Source: Octopus sinensis
Lineage: Eukaryota
DNA length: 64,000 bases
NCBI RefSeq assembly: GCF_006345805.1
Contig: NC_043005.1
Span: 102,362,001 to 102,426,000, forward strand
Direction of reading: 5' to 3'
Shown: in pieces, positions 41,697 to 54,954 of the stretch
How the letters are laid out: every line of letters begins with the position of its first letter
Position numbering within the stretch: position 1 is the first letter of the stretch
The notes under the pieces: generated by a model
What the model saw: the letters and a program-made list of their open reading frames with translations, nothing else
What the model was told of the DNA's origin: nothing
Database searches by the model: none
Translations under genes and position numbers: made by a program

Positions 41697-43166
41697 GAGA
41701 GAGAGAGGGACAGAGAGAGAGAGTTAGACATATAAGAAAACGTATATATACATACTCACATACATGCGCACGTAAGCTTTTGATATATATATATATATAT
41801 AATATATATATGTGTGTGTGTGTGGAGAGAGAGAGAGGGGGAGGAAGAGGGAGAGAGAAATAGGGGAAAGAGAGAGATGGAAAGAAGTTGGTGGGTCGTA
41901 GTGAACGTGACTTATGACGCAGCAAATATAACGCCTCGCTGTCATTACTTTAAGTCATCCCCAGTTCGACCTTTCACTTTATTATGATTCTACTGATGAC
42001 AAAATAGGTAACCCTAAAGAACAGTTTTCTTAACTTATATACTATTTAAAAAACCTGATCTTTTGCCATATGTTCTGTATCGAACGTTTGCATACATAAG
42101 GGTGTATGCGCACGCATACTTATATATTTGCACTAATGCATTCCTATATGTCTGTGTGTATGTGAATATTAGTCTGTGTGTGCAAATGAGTTGTATGCTT
42201 TTGCAAATTTCTGTGACTGTTCGTCTATGATCGTAAATTTGCTTTTCTTTATAGATTTCCAAGAGCTACATGTAGAATGAACCATCAAAAGTACTTAGAA
42301 AATATTGGAAGAATATTTTAATATTTCCAGGGAGTATTCCTTACCCAAATCCGCAAGCTTACGCCATTAACCTTATGCTTCTTTCATTTGAGATATGAAA
42401 GTGAAGAAGAAATAGAGAAGTATAGAACGGTTCAGGCTCTGACTGGCACGTACGGACGCACACTTATACGCAGAGATCAGAAGCATTTACACACGTATAC
42501 CAACAGAAGACGCACGTGTATGCACAGATGCACGTACACACATATATAGCTATCAAGAATTATTTTCTGATTTCTAGTATGAAGCATTTAACGTCAAATT
42601 CATCCATTTATAATAAGACTAATTTTGTCACGTCTGATGGTCCATTATATTTGGGACAAGCGATAGATTTTATTTTTTATTTTGCATATTTCGTTTAAGA
42701 GATGATCACTACTAAAGGGTGTAAATGAGATAAAATTCTTTCTTTCTCTCTTTCAACCTCTCTTTCCCGTTTTACTCTCACCCATCCTCTATCCCTCTCA
42801 CTTATTCACTAATAGCCCAGCCAAAGACTTCCTGAACCCCATCACTCATACTAAAACGTTCTATTGAAGAATATGTTGTCAAGTACCCGATGGTTTCATC
42901 TATCTCTGATAGGTAATGAGACACTTGAGATAGAGATATAGAGGCAGAGAGATGGTGATATAGTCACACACTCGAACACATACACAAATGCACACATATA
43001 TAAACACACACACTCACACACATATATATCCTCTCTATCTTTCTCACGTCAAGGGGGGGGGGAAGAGAGAGGTAGCTATAGAAAGAGAGACAGAGTGTGA
43101 GAGAGAGAAAAATGCTGAGAAAGAGATAGACAGAGCTGAAACGATAGACTAGGTGTAAAGAAGAGA

Positions 43167-43232
43167 GCGTGGGCGGCAAGGCGAAGGTGTGCGTGGGCGT
43201 CAAGTGAAATGTGTGCCTATTATTGTCAAGTG
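43167..43232 (+). promoter_or_regulatory. Candidate enhancer/promoter cluster: two EGR-type sites and two NK2-type sites
   Basis: GCGTGGGCG at 43167-43175 and 43191-43199; TCAAGTG at 43200-43206 and 43226-43232; in non-repeat DNA. Confidence 0.35.
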
Positions 43233-44130
43233 CTGAAGTTAATGATAACGAATTCGGTTCGAGCTGATTTTTGTTCGTTTTTACTTTAAATTCATGAAAT
43301 GAAGTGCTCCATCCCGTAAACCTCTTCACTCACAACCCCGCTTTATTCTTGCGTCGCTACTGTGTTGCTGTGATGCTGATTACTGTCAGTTAGTTTCTCA
43401 TCACATATATGCACTTAATAAATGACTAAATTTACAGATCTGTCTACACGAAAATAAAATAAGGAATAAAATAATTTAAACTAAAACTAGAAAAAAAACA
43501 GCAACGTTTTCTTAATAATATTTTATATAAATCATTTATATAACGATAGGCCGCTACTGCCACATACTCATTGAACAACTTTGCTCTCGAGTTTCATAAA
43601 GTACATTCCCTTCATGTTTATGCACAACTTTATCTCTCTTACCGTTCGTTATTTTCCTCTTACTCCGCCTCCTACTCCTCTGTTTGGTCCGAACACAGAT
43701 TCAGTTTAGTACAAAAATGAAAATTTGGAACGATATGACATTTAGCTTGTTTACAAGAGATGTTATTTTTAACTAATTTGTATATAGTCTCTCAGTCCAT
43801 ACGAATGTAAGCACCTACATAGGTCGTACATACATACGTTACAGACGTACAACAAAAAGGTATTGAATTCATTTGCATCGATACAAGACACTATTCATAT
43901 TTTCCTCGTAAAGATGTTGCCATTAATATAAAGCTTCATAAAAAAAGTTGAACCGGGTATATACTGCGAATTAATATTAAGAAGCGCGGTTTCTAGATAA
44001 CATCGTCGCAGTAACCAAGTAACAAAATTAAACCTTACAAATAATAGGCGGGTTACATGTTGAGGTAAGAAATTGAGGTTAGCTATAGCAGAACTATCAA
44101 CGAAAGATTTCAACTGAAGCAAGCTTATAT

Positions 44131-44731
44131 ATTTCTTTACTACCCACAATGGGCTACACAGAGAGAGGACAAACAAGGACAGACAAACGGATTAAGTCGA
44201 TCCCATCGATCCCAGTGCGTAACTGGCACTTAATTTATCGACCCAGAAAGGATGAAAGGCAAAGTCGACCTCGGCGGAATTTGAACTCAGAACGTAGCGG
44301 CAGAAGAAATACCTATTTCTTTACTACCCGCAAGGGGCTAAACATAGAGGGGACAAACAAAGACAGACAAACGGATTAAGTCGATTACATCGATCCCAGT
44401 GCGTAACTAGTACTTTATTTATCGACCCCGAATGGATGAAAGGCAAAGTCGACCTCGGCGGATTTTGAACTCAGAACGTAGCGGCAGACGATATACCTAT
44501 TTCTTTACTACCCACAAGGGGCTAAACACAGAGAGGACAAACAAGGACAGACAAACGGATTAAGTCGATTTTATCGACCCCAGTGTGTAACTGGTACTTA
44601 TTTAATAGATCCCGAAAGGATGAAAAGGCAAAGTCGACCTCGGCGGAATTTGAACTCAGAACGTAGCGGCAGACGAAATACCGCTAGGCATTTCACCCGA
44701 CGTGCTAATGTTTCTGCCACCTCGCCGCCTT
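44131..44731 (-). mobile_element. SINE family A trimer (head plus three bodies)
   Basis: Units start at ~44130, 44313 and 44497; 19-bp TSD AACTGAAGCAAGCTTATAT at 44112-44130 and 44732-44750. Confidence 0.92.
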
Positions 44732-45463
44732 AACTGAAGCAAGCTTATATCAATTCAGCAGAGAGTTTAGGAGAGATTAGTCGATTGTTTACAAGATGAG
44801 AGTCAAACGCTATTATTCCACCTGCTCATATTTTGTGAAAATTCCTTGTACCAGCAAGTTACATGTGTAGAAAAGAAATACGAAGCTCAAACAGCAAAAT
44901 AAAGAACCGTAAGTTTAGAGTATAAACAAGGCAATACAATGTTACCAAATACATGAATCACAGGCAAGGGAAAACAGAAAGAAAGAAAAAGAAACATTGA
45001 TAATATAAAGATAGAACTGCCACGATTAAGTGAACATGCGGAAGCTTTGAACGAATTTTTACAAATGAGTGAAGCGATTGGAAACTTCTCACAAAGCAAC
45101 ATTTACGAATAACTTCACTTCTATGATCAAACCGCTACTTGAAAGATCATTTATAACACAAATGAAAAACCTGCTGTTTTCATATTTCATGTCAGTGAGA
45201 AATGCAAGGCTGACACATTCACAAAACAGAAACTGAAATACTTAGGTTTTGGAGCTGGAAAGTCCTTGTTTAATCATAAAAAATATATTTAACAAAGCTA
45301 ACTGGTATTGCAAAAACACCACAACAACCTGCCATTTATAAAACAAATATAGCAAAATGTTGCCGAGACTTCGTTAGCATAAATATTATTTATTACACTA
45401 TATGAGCCGCTACGTGCTAATAAAACACTGAAAGTTAGGTATGTTACGCAAAAATGTTAATAT

Positions 45464-45900
45464 AGGCGCCGGAGTGGCTGTGTGGTAAGTAGCTAGCTTA
45501 CCAACCACATGGTTCCGGGTTCAGTCCCACTGTGTAGCACCTTGGGGAAGTGCCTTCTACTGTAGCCTCGGGCCGACCAACGCCTTGTGAGTGGATTTGG
45601 TAGACGGAAACTGAAAGAAGCCCATCGTATATATGTATATATATATGTATATATATGTGCATGTGTATCTATATGCTTGTGTGTCTGTGTTTGTCTCCCC
45701 ACACCATCGCTTGACAACGGATGCTGGTGTGGTTACGTCCCCGTAAATTCGCGGTTCGGCAAAAAGAGACGTATAGAATAAGTACTAGGCTTACAAAGAA
45801 TACGTCCTGGGGTCGATCTGCTTGACTAAAGGTGGTGCTCTAGCATGGCTACAGTCAAATGACTAAAACAAGTAACAGAGTAAAAGAGAGTAAAAGAGTA
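45464..45900 (+). mobile_element. SINE family B, full length
   Basis: Head, internal TA/TG tract and (TAAAAGAG)n tail. Confidence 0.9.
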
Positions 45901-47163
45901 AACGACTTGAAAATTCCAAGAAAGATGGGTATGTGTATAGGCAAAGTAAACTACCAAGCCCTCTTATGCCTTACCTTTGACAGAAGAGTAGTTACCTTAT
46001 CCAGCTAAAGAGAGAATAATTAATAATCATTGTTGTTACATGGTGCAAGACCCGATTACTGGTGGGTAGGTCAGTTAATGGATTATTAGTAAATGGATTA
46101 TTAGTAGTTAGTGGATTATATTGGTCCTAGTGTTTAACTGGTGCTTCTTTTGTCGACTCTGAAAGGAATGAAAGGTGAAGTCGACTTCGGCGCCATTTAA
46201 ACACAGAGGATGAAGGTGGTTGTTATGCCGGTAAGCATTTTTCCGGCACGATAAAGATTCTACCAGGTACCGGCCTTACAGACCAATTAATAGTAGTAAT
46301 AATGTGATTAGCGCAAATCTATAACTGTAAATTACTAAGGGAATTCCGAAAGCTTTATCTACAACCAAATTCCATCTTTGTAAAATGCTCAAGTTATACA
46401 AGAACTTTAAAAAAACAAAGGAGATTAACATTTTAAAACATATTTCTGAATATGCGGAAACAATATATATTTATTCAGCTTTTACTGCCATACACCAATG
46501 TTTACAATTAATTCATTTCACCAACTGATTCCTTATGTAAATCCCCAGGCTACGAAGTCGAGTGAAAGAACAACGAACAGGCTGTATTAGTTTAACGCTC
46601 AGAGGAATCAAATAACAATTCTTTGACGTTTCGAGACTTGGCTCTTCTAAAGAAAGGTTAGATAAAGAGAGAGAAAAGAGATGGGCCGGTGGCGATGGAA
46701 TTACACAAAAGGCCATTGAGGTACCCTTTTATTTTCGCGCATTTCCGCAATATCCATGAATTAATATTTGTTTAATCTTGTATATATGTGTGAGTGCAAG
46801 ATGCAGAACAATAAATTTAGCTCTTTTTAAAAATAGTTTTATAAACTATACATATAGTACTAAATATAAAATAAAACAAAATTATTTAGTATATCGACTC
46901 ACACCAGTAGAAATACGAAGAAAATTGACTTATGGTTCATAATGATATACGAAAAAAGAACAGAAAAAATATTCCACAGAAGGCCAATGGGCTTCAGCTG
47001 GACCCCAATGACCATATTGTATTCTATAATATCTATATGACTGGAAATTTTTAACTCAAAATTTATATGTGCATATATATATATATATATATATATTCAA
47101 ATGTCTGTGTATTTTGTTCATTTTATAGTTATATTTATGATTATAACTTAACATTTGTACATT

Positions 47164-47256
47164 ATAATCTCTGACGAAGCTTTACCTCAATCCCCTTGAG
47201 TAATATAGGTAGAATGAAGTATTTTTTATCTATTAGCTGAAACAGCTGTAAGTTAT
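47164..47256 (+). ncRNA. Type I hammerhead ribozyme motif (Penelope-like) with extended stem II
   Basis: ATAA(T)CT / CTGACGA (47171-47177) / AGCT...AGCT stem II / GAAAC (47239-47243) / palindromic AGCT / GTA^ (47248-47250) / AGTTAT, which pairs with the 5' strand with one bulge. Confidence 0.6.
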
Positions 47257-47636
47257 TTTACCAATTTATATTCATGTTTTATTAGAATAATAACCGGTAT
47301 CTTTATATATTAGTATATCTTATATTTATATCTCGTATGCAAAGAATAATATGCTATATGTATGTATCTTATAATTATCAGTTTAATAAATAAAAAAGTT
47401 AACATTCCGATGTCCAAAAGTTGATGAACTACCTATTGTTCTCCTCCATTTTCTTATTTGCTACATGAATAATGGTAAAATATCTCTTTACCTTCACCCA
47501 TTTAATACACTAGGTAATGTAATTACAATGCAATAAAAAACACTTGTGTATTAATAATTGGGTATTCTACCAGCAGTATATTGGATACATGTTATCCCTT
47601 AGTTGGTTGGATTCATAACCCCTAACTTTCTTGGAG

Positions 47637-47712
<76 letters not shown>

Positions 47713-47824
47713 CTTTATTTAAAGCAGCAGAAAATTCAACAAAACCTGTTACTCTGAGATTCACGTTGCAACGTAAAACTCAGAGTAACAGGTTTTGTTG
47801 AATTTTCTGCTGCTTTAAATAAAG
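47713..47824. repeat. 112-bp fold-back palindrome
   Basis: Perfect 46-bp arms (47713-47758 and 47779-47824) and a 20-nt centre containing the palindrome ACGTTGCAACGT; abuts (TA)n. Confidence 0.95.
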
Positions 47825-47988
47825 CACATTACTCTACCACTGGTATTTGAGTACTCTTTTCTCCACCTTGTTTCACATTTATGTGTTTCCTCCGGTATAT
47901 GTATATATATATATATATATGTAGGTCCCGGGTTGAGTCGGGGTTAACCACACTAAATAAGGTACTCAATACATAGCCGAGTAAATTA

Positions 47989-48128
47989 ATTTATTTTATA
48001 GAAGGAGCTTCTACAGGACTAGAACTGTTTCATTCAAAAGAAATCATCAGGAAGCACTGATGCTTCCTGATGATTTCTTTTGAATGAAACAGTTCTAGTC
48101 CTGTAGAAGCTCCTTCTATAAAATAAAT
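47989..48128. repeat. 140-bp perfect palindrome containing two inverted hammerhead motifs
   Basis: 68-bp perfect arms (47989-48056 and 48061-48128) and a 4-nt loop CTGA. Confidence 0.95.
48062..48110 (+). ncRNA. Type I hammerhead ribozyme motif (mirror copy on the minus strand at 48007-48055)
   Basis: Stem I GCTTC/GAAGC; core CTGATGA (48067-48073); stem II TTC-TTTT-GAA with a U.U closing pair; GAAA; stem III ACAG/CTGT; predicted cleavage GUA^ after 48105. Confidence 0.7.
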
Positions 48129-48130
48129 AA

Positions 48131-48162
<32 letters not shown>

Positions 48163-49541
48163 ATGTATGCATAATTAAATATTATACATAAATATTTTAT
48201 AAACTCATGTTCACACTGATAAATATATGTGTGTGTATATTCCTCATCCTGTTGAGAAAATACATTTCTAACTATTTCATAACATTGTTGATCGTGACTA
48301 AAGTAACTTTGGATGTTAGCTAAAAGTATAGCATTTAGCTCCATGTTTAATTGGGTTTTTCTTATATAATTGCTATTCGGGGCGCACACACACACGTGCA
48401 AACATGTACACCTATATGAGCGTGAGTGATTGCGTTCATCCTTCTTCTTCTTCTTCTTCTTCTTCTCTTCTTCTTCTTCTTCTTCTTCTTCTTCTTCTTC
48501 TTCTTCTTCTTCTTCTTCTTCTCTCTCTCTCTGTATGTATGTGTGTATATATGCGTGTTTGTGTGTTTGTGTGTATAGTATTCCTATATCAGACCACGCT
48601 TAATGGTTGTTTCTATTGGCTTTTATGTATTGTCACTAATAGGCTGTTTTCATAAACTAAATGAGGTTGATTTAACTGTCTACACTATAAAGTACAAGGT
48701 AATATCAACTGAATTATAGACCCCCATTACAGTTCATTAGCTAATGCCTGTTGCATATCTAGCATTCCTTAATAATATATTTTATTGTACAAGAATCATT
48801 TTGATCTATTCATATGAAGGTTTATCTCTTTGAATTCTTGTCTAATGCATGTCTATTTTTACTTGGCTTTCTACATTTAATGATCGTGTACATTTTGATA
48901 ATTTCATAACCTTCCACAGTATCATTTCTCTCTCTTTCTCGTACTATAGTTTTATTGGATTTGTATCAGTTTTTTTTTTTAATTAAAATGTTTCCTGGAA
49001 ATATAATGCAATTTCTCCTGAACCTTGTTACATATTATTTTGGCTCTGTATATCGTCTTTTTATATATTCTATTGAAATTGTTTTCCACCTTCCTTTGCT
49101 TTAAAACACTATCTATGGCGGAAGATAATTTATTACGTTCACAAAATAATATACATATGTAGATGAAAAAAAGGAATTTAGACTTTTCCAGCATTTTCGT
49201 TTCATATTAAAGGTGAAGAACGTGAACTCACCTTAGGTTACAAATAATTTTATTTTATGACTCGATACCAGATTTTGCATTTGTGATATTTCTGTTTCTT
49301 TTGGGATGTTGGTTTGCTATATCTGGTTCTGCTGATTATATTTCTCATCACTAATACACCTGAAAGCCATAGTGTATTACTATGAATATTGCATTTTCAC
49401 TTGAAGTAGGAACAATCAAGCCTGCAAATGTCCTGAAATGATCCTTGCAGAATTAGATGCCAAATTATATAAAGCAAGCTTTAAGCTCTCTAACATAATT
49501 ATACAAATATAACCAGCTTTAAATAGAAATAGTGGTACATA

Positions 49542-49579
49542 CAGGTCGTCGTCGACTTACGACCTACTCGACTTACGAC
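49542..49579 (+). mobile_element. Solo Tigger/pogo-like terminal fragment
   Basis: TA|CAGGTCGTCGTCGACTTACGACC...CGACTTACGAC resembles Tigger-type ends; no partner TIR found. Confidence 0.45.
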
Positions 49580-50577
49580 GATTGGCGCGGCAGCTCCCGT
49601 CACCAATAATAAATAGTCCAGTTGAAATCTAATGGGTTTAATTTCTTAGAAATTAACCCGTTTTACAACCGCCTTCTCTAGCTTTGGTTATCGATCACCA
49701 CTGTTTTTTCCCAAGAGTTGGATGAATATCCTGTCGCGGAGACATCGAGGTAAACTTGTATTTGTTTATAAGACGACTGCTTGAAACTATGATTTTTTTT
49801 CTAATGCCAGTATAAGAATATAATACAGAATGCTGTGTGTGACGTTTCACCTGAGAATGAAACTTAATAAGGTAAAAATATAAAACAAAGCTCTGTATAG
49901 GTCAATACATGTCTGACAAATGTGCCGAATAACTCATTTATCTAGTCTTTTTGAATATAATACAGTTCAGTTTTTCACGGATTCTTTTTCATAGGATAAT
50001 TAAAAAAGAAAGAGAGCTTCTTCGGGTTTGTAGTAGATCCGACATTTGTAGAAATCAGGAGAAAATAATTACAGTGAATGGTTTGTTGCATGTTAGGATT
50101 TAGATCAATGTACGTATCTTAGATATAAGACTTTGGTAAAAGATTGATCCAATAGAAAAGGGAGTGGATTCATGAAGTTTTACTTGTAGTGCTTTACATG
50201 ATACTTTTCTTGTAGTGCACCTCTCTCCACTGCATATTCTAAAAACATTTGTACTGTATTTCAGGAGAAATTGTAGGAAGCAACGCTTTAAGATGCTGGG
50301 TTATTCTCTGACAAATCTCTCCTGAATTCTTGCAACAGTGTAGATTTCTCTGAATGCACCCTAATATCTGTCTAATTTTATTAAACCGGATGATTAAATG
50401 GGTCTACCACTGTAGAGAATTACATAGAGAAATTTTTAATAAGGAATTATATTAGAAAAAAGGACAATACAGCAGTAAGACGAGGAGGAATAAGTGTAAA
50501 AAGTGATAGAGAAACACTGAATGGTGTTATGCGTCATAGTCAATTGAAGCATAGCGTTGTGTGGGACTTTAGATACC

Positions 50578-50809
50578 TATTTCTTTACTACCCACAAGGG
50601 GCTAAACACATAGAGGACAAACAAGGACAGACAAACGGATTAAGTCTATTATATCGACCCCAGTGCGCAACTGGTAATTAATTTATCGACCTCGAAAGGA
50701 TGAAAGGCAAAGTCGACCTCAGCGGAATTTGAACTCAGGACGTAGCGACAGACGAAATACCGCAAAGCATTTCGTCCGGCGTGCTAACGCTTCTGCCCGC
50801 TCGCCGCCT
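50578..50809 (-). mobile_element. SINE family A monomer
   Basis: 16-bp perfect TSD TGGGACTTTAGATACC at 50562-50577 and 50810-50825. Confidence 0.92.
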
Positions 50810-53800
50810 TGGGACTTTAGATACCATCGTTCGTTGAATGCTAATAATTCTTACTGTTTGTTAAGTATATCTACAGTTATTCATAGATTATCATGTTTTG
50901 CATTACCACCAAATGAAAGTAGCAAAACAGCTGCAGGAATGGTGGTGGTAGTCGTACTAGTTGTAGATGTTGCTATTATTGTAATAGTAGTAGGGGCGAC
51001 TGTGGTAGTTGTAGTGATGGTGGCTGATGGGCATTGTGTGGGTAGGTGTGTTCCACACGTTATCTAATAAAAATCATGTGTCAACGAATTCATAATATAA
51101 GATGATAGTGGTGGTAATGATGATGACAACGCCACCGATGACTACGATGATGAGGAGGAGGAGGACAACGTTGAGGAGAAATATGTCCGTGAAACTGGCA
51201 TGGACAGTTTTCGGCAGTGTTTCGGCAGTGGTGATGGTGTGGCGTTAGTGACTGCAGTAATGTACGTGATGTTGATGTCGTTGTAGTGAAAATGGCGGAT
51301 GAAGGTATTGTATTATTCTCAAGAATTTATATATATATATACATTCTTTCTGTAGTGTTTGCGATAATAAAGAGAAGGAAGCAAGCTGAACTAAAAAAGA
51401 CAAAAGCAAAAACATAATCTGTAGCTACATAAACTGGATTTTATCAACTTTCACAAATCTTGAGAATAACATCCTTTTCTTAGCGCTGTATGAATATGTT
51501 AGATATGTAAGCATATAGACAATCATGTGAAATACTATAGGAATATCTTCGTGTTTCGAAAATCACAAAACATCTTCGTATATAATATCTTTTATTTTCT
51601 GTCTACGCAAGACGCTTGTAAAATGAAACTTCTTTAAGGCGCCATGTTTTAGGAAATACTTTAATTCCGATATATTCTTTATGGATTTAAGTATATGATA
51701 TTCCTAGTGGACAATGTACAATATTGCATCATGCCATTTTTGGTTTTATATTGCAGTTGCTGGTGTAGAAAGAGAAAGAGAGAGAGATGAAATATGATGT
51801 AGAAGTAGAGACAGTATTTTGCAAGCGAATCAATTTCGTATCAACAGAAGTTCAGCAATATGTATATGTGTGTGTGTGTGTGTGTGTGTTTGTGCGTGTG
51901 TGTGTGTGTGTGTGCATGCGTGCGCGCGTATGTGCATTTATGCGTGTATATGTGTGTATATGAATGAGTATATACATATATGTGTTTTTATGTAGTTATC
52001 AATAAAACATATACGTATCTTTGTATATTAATGCACACAATAACAACACGTCCACAAACCTCTCATACATACACACACCTTCATTGACATAAACTCTTAA
52101 ATTTATCAAACAAAAAGCTCTTAAATTTATCAAATTCAAAACCAATAGATTTGCTCCTCCATTCCCTATACCAATCCGACGTAAACTTTATTTTATTCCA
52201 CTGTGATCTTCAACATAACTACTTTGCTGGCCTTAAAAGTCTTTACTCACAAACTACAAAGCCACTACAGACTTGATGCACGATACATCACTTCATCCTT
52301 GTTCTACTCTCTGATCATAGCCATTTCCCACAAAAACTGTTTTAATAACCTGAATTCCTTCCTCAAAGTTAAATCTGTAAACCTTTCCCCCGTTTCGTTT
52401 TAATTGCTACCTAAACCTAGCCCACCATACAGCAACAATTTGCTGACTTATTTGTTTTAACTGGTGGCAAAAATTAGAAATAATATAATTTTTCAAACAG
52501 ATATATGCACCCTTACCCACATTATCACACGCTCGAATATCCATGCGAAATAAAGAGGAAAACTACCAGGAAATAAAAGCATAAAACTCCCCCACGAATA
52601 GAAACTCCTCATCAACAGAGTATTATTCCCCTCTCTGACAAATCCATTCCATAAAAGTGTTTGCGACTATTTCCCGAAATCTCAGATTTCTATCAGGAAA
52701 GAAATTATTAATTAATCACTTTCAGAGAATGATACTTAGAAAATCTACCATTAAAGTTTACTCTGCGTACGTAAAGAGATCTTTCTAAAGTTGTAACCGA
52801 TGTTGGAGGACGTCACGAAGTACTTCACGAGCATCACAACTAATGATTTCAAAGGAGGATCTACGCAACACATTCACTCTTTCGGGCGTAGTTTGCAAGG
52901 AAACCTTCCTCTCCCAGTCCCATTTCATCGGCAGAGTTCGAGACCAATGGCACAACTTTCCCAACAACAAATGAAGCATCCTTGATAAGATTTCATGGCG
53001 CATCCTTACGCACCCCAAGTTTGTTATTATCAACAGTGCCTACTCATAAGGGGGTGGTCTAGCTTTTCAAAAGCAGGATACTTCCTGTTGATAGTTGGTA
53101 AGATTTCAGCAGTTACAGGGATAGGGTTAGAGACTATGGATATGTGATTGCTTCTGTTGAAATGTGCAATATAGGTGACTATACTATCACAAAATGAAAA
53201 GGTGATCTTGAATTTGTGAATATTAAAATGTTCATAATGCCTACAGTATCCTAGAAATGTTGTGGAAATAGTGACAAGAAGCTTCTGGATGCCTTAGTGG
53301 ATAGACATAAACACGCATTCACACTCACACGTATATAGAGGAAGAAAAAGTGAAAGAACCAAGCATCTATAATTCTTATTTGTCAACAGAATACATATGT
53401 TACTTAGCGTATTTTTTGTGGTGTTCTATTAATACTGCTTGTCCGAATGAATTCAAATCACGTTAGTTTTATAATCAATTAATTCTGAACAAGAAATAGT
53501 GAAATATTTCAGCTAATAGTTACTGTTTAATGTATTAATTAACTGAAAAGTTCAAGCGATAGCTGAAATTCCGTTATGATGTAGTATGGCAATATTCGGT
53601 ATATTGTAACGCATTTTCAGAGTAATAAACATGATTGTTTATGCGATCTTCTGTGTGTAGTCATCCTATTATGTGGAAGTATTTCTTATTCTATTAATAG
53701 AGGTAACCTCCACCTACGGGAGATTGCAGACAATTCTTTCTGAAAGAACACCCGGCAGGTCTAATCAAAGAAGAGCGCACTGGATAATATTGTTCGCGAT

Positions 53801-54251
53801 ACAATGACTCAGGAAGAATTGATAAGGATCATGAATATGACTGTGAACAAGCACCTCAGGGGAGAGTTACACATTGTAAACATCCACACAAAATGTACAC
53901 AAGAAACATCCGACTGAACGTGATCGCTATAGTTCGAACGTCTTTCATCACACACAAAAAAATAATAAAATGAACAAGAACAATAATCAAATCAATACCT
54001 GCAGCTAAATAATTTTCCATGGATAAAATGAGGTCAGGTCTCTAAAATATCAATAATAATTCTTTCTAAAATAAGCACAGGGCTTGAGAATTGATAAAGA
54101 ATTTTTCATTATATCAACCTAAGTACCAAACTGGTGCGTTATCTTATCGTTCCTGAAGGGATGAAAGTCAAAGTGAACATTTGAACTCAGAATGTAAGCA
54201 ACCGAAAGAGATTGCAGAAAATGTATTTGTCCGTTGCTATGAATCTGCCTG

Positions 54252-54510
54252 TGGAGGTGCGTGGCTTAGTGGTTAGGGCGTCAGTATCATGATCGTAAGA
54301 TTGTGGTTTCGATTCCTGGACCGGGCAACGCGTTGTGTTCTTGAGCAAAACACTTCATTTCACGTTGCTCCAGTTCACTCAGGTGGCAAAAATGAGTAAC
54401 GTTGCGTTGGACTGGCGTCCCGTCCAGTTGGGGAACACATACGTCATTGAAACCGGGAAACCGGGCACATGAGCCTGGCTAGGCTTTAAAAGGGTGCATT
54501 TATTTTATTT
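54252..54510 (+). mobile_element. tRNA-derived SINE (family D head, alternative tail)
   Basis: Head and CORE-like segment shared with 15030-15345 up to GGCAAAAATGAGT; the 3' tail differs. Confidence 0.8.
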
Positions 54511-54884
54511 ATGAGTCTGCCTCACTTATACTCTTCCTTCGAAACATTTGTCAAAGTTCAACCCACCATTGTAACCAAGCTAAATATTTGTCAGTTGAAC
54601 AAAAGCCCACTTTTTATACAAATATTTTGTTGTACTTTTTCTTCCTTTCCAGGTTATCCATCTTCAAAACAATCCAAGCTCAAAACTGTTCCTGTTTTGT
54701 ATCCAGAATCTAATTTTATTTTGAAATTTGAGGGATATTTGTCTGCTAATTTTAGCAAGAGGAGCACATATTTCAAGTATTTATTCCTTAGCGCATCCCT
54801 GTCAATTGTTCTTTCCCATGGCAACCATTTAATATTTAGCAATCTTGATAATATTGCATAATATTATTAACATTGATAAATCTC

Positions 54885-54954
54885 AATAATATTTAATAAT
54901 ATTTAATGATATTTAATAATATTTAATAATATTTAATAATATTTAATGATATTT
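54885..54954. repeat. 10-bp minisatellite (AATAATATTT) x ~7
   Basis: Direct reading. Confidence 0.85.

Noticed and set aside
52200-52930. Possible Helitron Rep/helicase relic (LDARYI; EDLR...GVV...TF)
   Set aside because: Only short motif resemblance in different frames amid stops; not supportable without a profile search.
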